A stretch of 64,000 nucleotides of DNA, taken from an uncultured Gammaproteobacteria bacterium (GTDB lineage Bacteria > Patescibacteriota > Patescibacteriia > Buchananbacterales > UBA6539). Positions 58,354 through 64,000 of the stretch are shown here, one piece after another (position 1 is the first letter of the stretch; each line of letters begins with the position of its first letter). The translations under genes were made by a program, and so were the position numbers. The DNA lies in assembly GCA_964497245.1 (NCBI GenBank), contig CAZCCC010000001.1:10297-74296 (forward strand). Reading direction: 5' to 3'. The notes beneath the pieces were generated by a model, which searched no databases, was not told the origin of the DNA, and saw only the letters and a program-made list of their open reading frames with translations.

Positions 58354-59658
58354 ATGAGTAATTATTTAATAGAAGGAAATAAGGATTTAAGGGGTGAAAT
58401 AACCACCAATACTTCAAAAAATGCAGCTGTTGCTTTGTTAAATGCTGCGCTTTTAAATAGAGGAAAGACGATTCTTAAAAATGTTCCAAAAATTGAGGAA
58501 GTCAGCCGGATTATGGAAGTATTGCAGAGTATTGGTGTATATGTCAAATGGATAAACAAAAAAGATATTGAGATAACTCGACCAAAAAAAATTAATTTAT
58601 CAGGAATTAATTATGATTCAGCCATAAAGACCCGTAGCATCCTGTTTTTGCTTGGAATTATGATTCATTACCAGAAATCTTTTTTAGTTCCCCAGCCGGG
58701 TGGTTGCCGTCTTGGAAAAAGAACAGTGAAACCACATCTTTTTGCTTTGGAGAATTTTGGTGTAAGGATTAATACTTTGAAGAAACATTATCAGGTAAAA
58801 TACAGCAAACTTTACCCTGCTAAAAATTTAGTTTTGTATGAATCAGGCGATACGGTAACTGAAAATGCGATTTTAGCCGCCGCCTTGATACCAGGCAAAA
58901 CTATAATCAAATTCGCTTCAGCAAATTATCAAGTTCAAGACCTTTGTTACTTTCTTGAAAAGCTGGGAATAAGAATTAAGGGAATAGGCACGACAACAAT
59001 TGAAATAGAAGGCAAAAAGAATATTAAAAAAGACATTGTCTATAATTTAACTGAAGATCCGATAGAGTCTATGCTTTTTTTATCAATTGCCGCCACTACC
59101 AACTCAAGCCTTACAATTAAACGCTGCCCAATTGATTTTTTAGAGATTGAGCTTCTAAAATTAGAGAAAATGGGCTTTAAATACAAAATAATTAGACGTT
59201 ACAAAGCAAAGAATGGCAAGGGAAATTTGGTTGACATTAAAACTTTTAGAAGCCGACTTTGCGCCGTTGAAGAAAAAATTGAATCTCGTCCCTTTCCCGG
59301 TTTAAATATAGATAACTTGCCGTTTTTTGCTCCTGTTGCCACTCAGGCGAAAGGAACCACTTTTATTTTTGATTGGGTTTTTGAAGAACGGGCGATTTAT
59401 TTTACCGAATTAAACAGACTCGGGGCAAAAGTAACGCTGGCTGATCCTCATCGGGTTTTTATAACCGGTCCTACACCTTTAAGAGGAAATGAAATAATTT
59501 GTCCGCCGGCCCTCAGACCTTCAACTATAATTTTAGTTGCCATGCTTGCCGCCCGTGGTAATTCAATATTAAGAAATGTTTATTCAATAGAGCGCGGCTA
59601 TGAAGATTTATGTGGTCGGTTGGAAAAAATAGGAGCAAAAATTAAAAAGATTGATTAG
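58354..59658 (+). CDS. murA: UDP-N-acetylglucosamine 1-carboxyvinyltransferase
   Basis: SKNA, PGGCRLG-R with active Cys, TENAILAA, IERGYE. Confidence 0.93.
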   Translation: MSNYLIEGNKDLRGEITTNTSKNAAVALLNAALLNRGKTILKNVPKIEEVSRIMEVLQSIGVYVKWINKKDIEITRPKKINLSGINYDSAIKTRSILFLLGIMIHYQKSFLVPQPGGCRLGKRTVKPHLFALENFGVRINTLKKHYQVKYSKLYPAKNLVLYESGDTVTENAILAAALIPGKTIIKFASANYQVQDLCYFLEKLGIRIKGIGTTTIEIEGKKNIKKDIVYNLTEDPIESMLFLSIAATTNSSLTIKRCPIDFLEIELLKLEKMGFKYKIIRRYKAKNGKGNLVDIKTFRSRLCAVEEKIESRPFPGLNIDNLPFFAPVATQAKGTTFIFDWVFEERAIYFTELNRLGAKVTLADPHRVFITGPTPLRGNEIICPPALRPSTIILVAMLAARGNSILRNVYSIERGYEDLCGRLEKIGAKIKKID

Positions 59659-59726
59659 ATTTGTGAATTAAATTTTTGTTGTATCTCAATTAAAGTATTA
59701 ATTTAATAATAAAATATAAATAAAAA

Positions 59727-61037
59727 ATGGAAATGAAAAAAAATCAAAATATTTTCAAGATAAAACCGTCTTCAAAAATGACGATTGTTTTTTTTAGTTT
59801 TATCTTTGCTACTTTAATTTTTATTGCTGGTTTTTTTACAGCTGAACTCTCCTTAATTTATGGATCGGCGGGCCGATCGGCCGGAAAAGGGGAGGTTGTA
59901 AATATCTCAAAAGAAACCCCTGATTTTTTAAGTAGAGATGTTGATTTTAATCAGTTTTGGCAAGTTTGGAAGCATGTTAAAGAAAATTACGTTGATTCAG
60001 ATATACCGGATACTAAATTATTTTATGGTGCTTTAGCCGGAATAGTTGCTTCTTTAGGCGATCCGTATTCAGTATTTTTAGATCCGGAAGTCGCCAAAAA
60101 GTTTCAGGAGGAAATTTCGGGAAGTTTTGAAGGAATCGGGGCGGAAATTGGCATTAAGGATGGGAGGCTTACAATTGTTTCTCCTTTGCCTCAGACACCG
60201 GCAGAAAAAGCCGGTCTGATGCCCGGGGACAGGATTTTGGCAATTGATGATTATGATACGACCGGAATTGCCATTGATTTGGCAGTAAGTAAAATTAGAG
60301 GACCGAAAGGAACCGAAGTGATTTTAACTATACTCAGTGAAGGCCAGTCTGAACCAAAGGAGATTTCAATAACAAGGGATAAAATTCAAATTGATAGTGT
60401 TATTTTTGAAAAAAAAGATTATAACGGAAAGTCAGAAGATGAAGAAGGGTTTGTAGTAAAAGAAGGCAACATTGCTTATATCCAACTTCGCTATTTCAAC
60501 GAAAATACACTGGTTGAATGGAATAAAATTGTTCAAAATATTATTAAGGCAGGCCCTAAAGGCATAATTTTGGATTTAAGGAATAATCCCGGCGGATTTT
60601 TGGCCACTGCCATTGAAATTGCCGGCGAATGGGCTAATGGCAGGCCGGTTGTGTTGGAAAAGCTTCGCAATGGGGAGTCAGTTTCGCATAAAGCCACCCG
60701 ACAAGCAAGATTTGAAGAAATTCCAACCGTTGTTTTAGTTAATGGCGGCAGTGCGTCAGGTGCTGAAATAGTTGCCGGCGCTTTGCAGGATTACGGTCTT
60801 GCGACTTTAGTCGGCCAAAAAACTTTCGGCAAAGGCTCAGTTCAAGATTTGAAGAAGCTTAAAGACGGTTCTTCGGTTAAATTGACAATTGCCGAATGGT
60901 TCACTCCGCTTGGCAGGAATATAAATAAAGAAGGAATTGAGCCGGATGTTGAAGTTGAAAGAACTAGAGAAGATTTTGATAAAGATATTGATCCGCAACT
61001 TGACAAGGCGATTGAGATACTAAAAAATCAACAGTAA
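59727..61037 (+). CDS. ctpA: Carboxyl-terminal processing protease (S41) with PDZ domain
   Basis: DPYS, GIGAEI, DLRNNPGG, SASGAEI, TFGKGSVQ. Confidence 0.93.
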   Translation: MEMKKNQNIFKIKPSSKMTIVFFSFIFATLIFIAGFFTAELSLIYGSAGRSAGKGEVVNISKETPDFLSRDVDFNQFWQVWKHVKENYVDSDIPDTKLFYGALAGIVASLGDPYSVFLDPEVAKKFQEEISGSFEGIGAEIGIKDGRLTIVSPLPQTPAEKAGLMPGDRILAIDDYDTTGIAIDLAVSKIRGPKGTEVILTILSEGQSEPKEISITRDKIQIDSVIFEKKDYNGKSEDEEGFVVKEGNIAYIQLRYFNENTLVEWNKIVQNIIKAGPKGIILDLRNNPGGFLATAIEIAGEWANGRPVVLEKLRNGESVSHKATRQARFEEIPTVVLVNGGSASGAEIVAGALQDYGLATLVGQKTFGKGSVQDLKKLKDGSSVKLTIAEWFTPLGRNINKEGIEPDVEVERTREDFDKDIDPQLDKAIEILKNQQ

Positions 61038-61048
61038 AATGGCAAGCA

Positions 61049-61201
61049 AATAAAGGGTATTGACCGCAAAGCGATTTTTTCGCAGCAAACTTCGGGTATT
61101 AACCTTTTTTGGTTCCCTGTCTGCCACGCCAAAGTCGTTTATCTCCGCCATAGGCGGACAAGCGACAACTGCGGGGACACTAGCTTGACGTTACCAATAA
61201 A
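61049..61201 (-). repeat. Dispersed structured intergenic element, copy C (153 bp)
   Basis: Minus strand begins tttattggtaacgtcaagctagtg, contains tccgcctatggcgga and gaaccaaaaaaggttaatacc, and ends ggtcaataccctttatt. Confidence 0.8.
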
Positions 61202-61245
61202 TTAAGCTGAAAGGATTAATGCTTATCAGCTTCAATTTAGTTTAT

Positions 61246-62757
61246 ATGATAAAAAAAGATTTTAAAGTTTTGGTTGAAGATTATAATGTACCGCTTTTTC
61301 CGTGGTCAATTTTAGTTAATCAGACTTTTCAGAAAGATATGCCAAAGGAAACTAAAGGTAGGGTAAAAGTTGATAGTATTCTATTTTTTGAAAAAGATTA
61401 TACTTATTGGGCGCCGAATCTTAGGCATTTTATTTCCGCGGAAAAATACTACAACGAGAGACTTTGGTCGGATCAGAGTTTTGGTAGGCAGATTTGCAAG
61501 GATCATAATTTATATCTGCGAAAAATAAAAAAATTTGCAGGGGTTCTTTTAAAAGATGATTTGAAAAAGAAAACTAATAAGCAACTTTATGATATTTATT
61601 TGGAGGGAGTAAAAAATTATGCCGATATTTGGCTTTCCAGCATGGCTATTCAATATTCTGAAATGGGGGATAATATATTTTCTGAAAGAGTTAAACGATC
61701 CTTATTACCAAAGCTAAAAAAAATTGGCAGTCCGGATGTTGTTTTCAGTAAGCTGATTTCACCTCTTAAAGAAAATTTAATTTCCAAAGAAAATAAAGAA
61801 GTTCTTAATTTGTTAAGATTAATACAATCAAATAAAAAATTATTAGCTGAATTTAAAAAAAGTTCAGCTTTTAATTTATTATCTTTGTTTTTGCAAAAAA
61901 AGATAAAAAATTTAGAAAGAAAATTTGGCTGGCTGCAGTTTTATTATTTTGGACCGCCTGCAACAGTTGATTATTATTATTCTTTTATCAAGGGTCGAAT
62001 GAATATAGACGCAAAAAAACAGTTGGCTGAAATAAATTTAGGAAGAAAAGAATTAATTGAATATAAAGATAAATGTCGTAAACGATTTAATTGTAAAGAA
62101 TGGCAATTAATTAATGTTTTGTCTAATTTTTTATATTTGAAAGAAGCGCGAAAAGAAATACAAATATATTTATTGAATTTTGCTATGCATAGATGGTTTT
62201 GTGAATTCTCAAAGAGGTTCGATTTTTCACCCTTGCAGGCTAGATATATTTTGCCAAATGAATATAAAGATATTTTAGTTTTTAATAGAGAACCTTTAAG
62301 TGTTGATATATTAAATAAAAGATATCAGAAAAGCGCTTACTGTATTATTTCCAACAAGGAAAAAATTGTCTTTGGAAAGGATTTTGATTTGTTAAAACGG
62401 ATGTATTTAATTGAGCAGAAAATTGATAAAAATATTAAAGAAATTAAAGGTATAGTTGCTTTTTCTGGAGTTACTTCAGGAAAAGTTAAGATCGTTAATT
62501 CTACAAATGATCTGAATAAATTTATGAAGGGAGAGATTTTAGTTAGTATTTCAACAAATCCTTCTTTAATTGCGGCAATAAATAAAGCGAGTGCTATTAT
62601 TACCGATACAGGTGGAGTAACTTGTCATGCGGCAATTGTTGCCAGAGAGTTGAAAATTCCATGTATAATAGGCACTAAAATCGCCACCAAAGTTTTAAAA
62701 GATGGCGATTTGGTTGAAGTTGATGCCAATAAAGGAATAATTAAAAAATTGAAATAA
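61246..62757 (+). CDS. PEP-utilising-enzyme mobile (phospho-His) domain protein with large N-terminal domain
   Basis: C-terminal IKGIVAFSG...GEILV...TDTGGVTCHAAIVARELKIPCIIGTKIATKVLKDGD; start ATG 61246 or 61219. Confidence 0.88.
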   Translation: MIKKDFKVLVEDYNVPLFPWSILVNQTFQKDMPKETKGRVKVDSILFFEKDYTYWAPNLRHFISAEKYYNERLWSDQSFGRQICKDHNLYLRKIKKFAGVLLKDDLKKKTNKQLYDIYLEGVKNYADIWLSSMAIQYSEMGDNIFSERVKRSLLPKLKKIGSPDVVFSKLISPLKENLISKENKEVLNLLRLIQSNKKLLAEFKKSSAFNLLSLFLQKKIKNLERKFGWLQFYYFGPPATVDYYYSFIKGRMNIDAKKQLAEINLGRKELIEYKDKCRKRFNCKEWQLINVLSNFLYLKEARKEIQIYLLNFAMHRWFCEFSKRFDFSPLQARYILPNEYKDILVFNREPLSVDILNKRYQKSAYCIISNKEKIVFGKDFDLLKRMYLIEQKIDKNIKEIKGIVAFSGVTSGKVKIVNSTNDLNKFMKGEILVSISTNPSLIAAINKASAIITDTGGVTCHAAIVARELKIPCIIGTKIATKVLKDGDLVEVDANKGIIKKLK

Positions 62758-62759
62758 TT

Positions 62760-64000
62760 ATGTCTAAGAATGAATGGCTGCCAGTCTGGGAAAGTCGGTC
62801 TTATCCTCCATTTTTAATGACAATAGTTGTTGATGCAACGGTTTTTGGTTTTAAAAAAATTTTTTTAAAAAGCAAAATAAATAGAGGAGTTTGTTATTGG
62901 CAGAATGAAAACGGCAATTATCTCTACTTAGATGATGAAATAAGTCAAACAGTTAAAGCGCTTTTTATAATGGCTGTCAAAAAGCCGAAAGAATTTTTTA
63001 AAATATTTGAGACCGCTTACTTTAAAGCGGTTTTATTCAATAAAGCCTCAAAAAGATACACTAACCGAAGTTGTCGCAATTTGTCTGATGAAGAATTAAT
63101 CAAGTCAATTTTTATTTATTATCAACTATTTTTTGATTTTTATTCCTATGCCACTGTTGCTTCTTGGTTCGGATATAACCAAAATAATCCTCTATATCTC
63201 CAAGCTGAAAAAATTTTAAAGGAAAAAACAGAATTTTGTCCTGACAAAAAAGTTGATTATTTTATAGCTTTAACCAATCCGCCCAAAGCGCTGAAAACGC
63301 TTTTAATGGAAAGAGATATTTTGATTTTTGCCGGACTGACTAAAAGGGCAAAAATAAAAACAGTATCAGGCATTAAAAAAAATTTTAAAAATGATTTAGA
63401 AAATCTTTATAATAAGTATAAATTTTTGTCTTATGATTTTACCGACAGTCTTGGCTGGGATTTAAATTATTTTGCTAAGTTAGTAATTGAAAGCCAAAAA
63501 AGCAATATTACCCAGGAGATAAAAAATATAGATAATTATCAAATAAAATCAGCCAGTGATTTTAAAGCCACGACTAAAAAGTTAGGTTTAAGCCAGGCTC
63601 AAATCAAAATTTTTAATTTAATCAGAAAACTTGGCTATTATAAATGGCTACGTGAATATGAATTTCAGGAAGGGCTTTATAATTTTCAAAATATATCAAT
63701 TGAGCTGGGCAGAAGAACCGGTTTAAAATCACTTGAATCAAAATATGTTATTCAGACTGAATGGCAAAAATTATTAAGAAATAACAAGAAAGCAAAAGAG
63801 ACGGTTAAAACAAGGATGAAAAATTGTCTTTATGATTGCCGTTTCGGTAAAAAGTCAATTTTATTGGACGGGTTAAAAGCCAAGGAAGCATACAAAAGTA
63901 TTAAGCTAGTTGATTTTTCGGATAAAATATTAGACAATAAAATCAAGGGTATGCCGGCTTTTGCTGGTAAGGTAATTGGCAAAGTTCGCTTGGTTAATAA
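62760..64000 (+). CDS. Second PEP-utiliser mobile-domain protein (partial, runs off the window)
   Basis: Hand-translated open frame of 413 codons from ATG 62760 (MSKNEWLPVW...) ending IKGMPAFAGKVIGKVRLVN, which matches the start of the neighbour's mobile domain. Absent from the ORF track. Confidence 0.8.
   Translation, partial: MSKNEWLPVWESRSYPPFLMTIVVDATVFGFKKIFLKSKINRGVCYWQNENGNYLYLDDEISQTVKALFIMAVKKPKEFFKIFETAYFKAVLFNKASKRYTNRSCRNLSDEELIKSIFIYYQLFFDFYSYATVASWFGYNQNNPLYLQAEKILKEKTEFCPDKKVDYFIALTNPPKALKTLLMERDILIFAGLTKRAKIKTVSGIKKNFKNDLENLYNKYKFLSYDFTDSLGWDLNYFAKLVIESQKSNITQEIKNIDNYQIKSASDFKATTKKLGLSQAQIKIFNLIRKLGYYKWLREYEFQEGLYNFQNISIELGRRTGLKSLESKYVIQTEWQKLLRNNKKAKETVKTRMKNCLYDCRFGKKSILLDGLKAKEAYKSIKLVDFSDKILDNKIKGMPAFAGKVIGKVRLVN

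Noticed and set aside
2236-58559. Many 60-140 aa ORFs overlapping larger genes (e.g. 28214-28636, 19036-19338, 31705-31896, 47062-47325)
   Set aside because: Antisense or off-frame to motif-supported CDSs, with no recognisable motifs.
61246-64000. O-methyl phosphoramidate pathway linking the PEP-utiliser genes with the CysC-like domain
   Set aside because: The loci are over 30 kb apart, the CysC domain is fused to a true ATP sulfurylase, and the other MeOPN enzymes were not seen.
1-64000. Alternative genetic code (TGA read-through), rRNA or tRNA genes
   Set aside because: TGA ends full-length genes in ATGA overlaps and ORFs are intact under code 11; no cloverleaf or rRNA-like sequence was seen in the intergenic gaps.

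Overview
Very AT-rich bacterial chromosome segment in standard genetic code. Short AT-rich leaders largely without Shine-Dalgarno motifs, plus the gene content, suggest a CPR/Patescibacteria-like organism (inference). About 56 kb is a surface-glycan supercluster in three parts. (i) 941-14187: nucleotide-sugar dehydrogenase, GT4s, AsnB-type amidotransferase and a GT-C/GT2/GtrA trio. (ii) 14316-30252: an operon led by an excisionase-like HTH gene, with deacetylases, two paralogous GT-B proteins, neuB-neuC-neuA, methyltransferases, a flippase, a sulfotransferase, a 929-aa pyruvate kinase + ATP sulfurylase + APS kinase fusion and cysQ. (iii) 30268-56767: priming transferase, O-antigen-ligase/TPR protein, S8 protease, GT2/DUF2304, GT-Cs and scattered rmlCBDA, interrupted by rubrerythrin/superoxide reductase. 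The window ends with a PEGA protein, murA, ctpA and two tandem PEP-utiliser (phospho-His) domain proteins. Best leads: the PK-Sat-CysC fusion in a sulfated-sialoglycan operon; a dispersed structured element in three intergenic copies (two about 150 bp, one 49 bp); a DUF559 nuclease gene bracketed by REP-like hairpins; and a 10-bp tandem-repeat operator overlapping the HTH promoter. No rRNA, tRNA, CRISPR array or transposase was seen. All calls come from reading motifs by eye; no searches were run.
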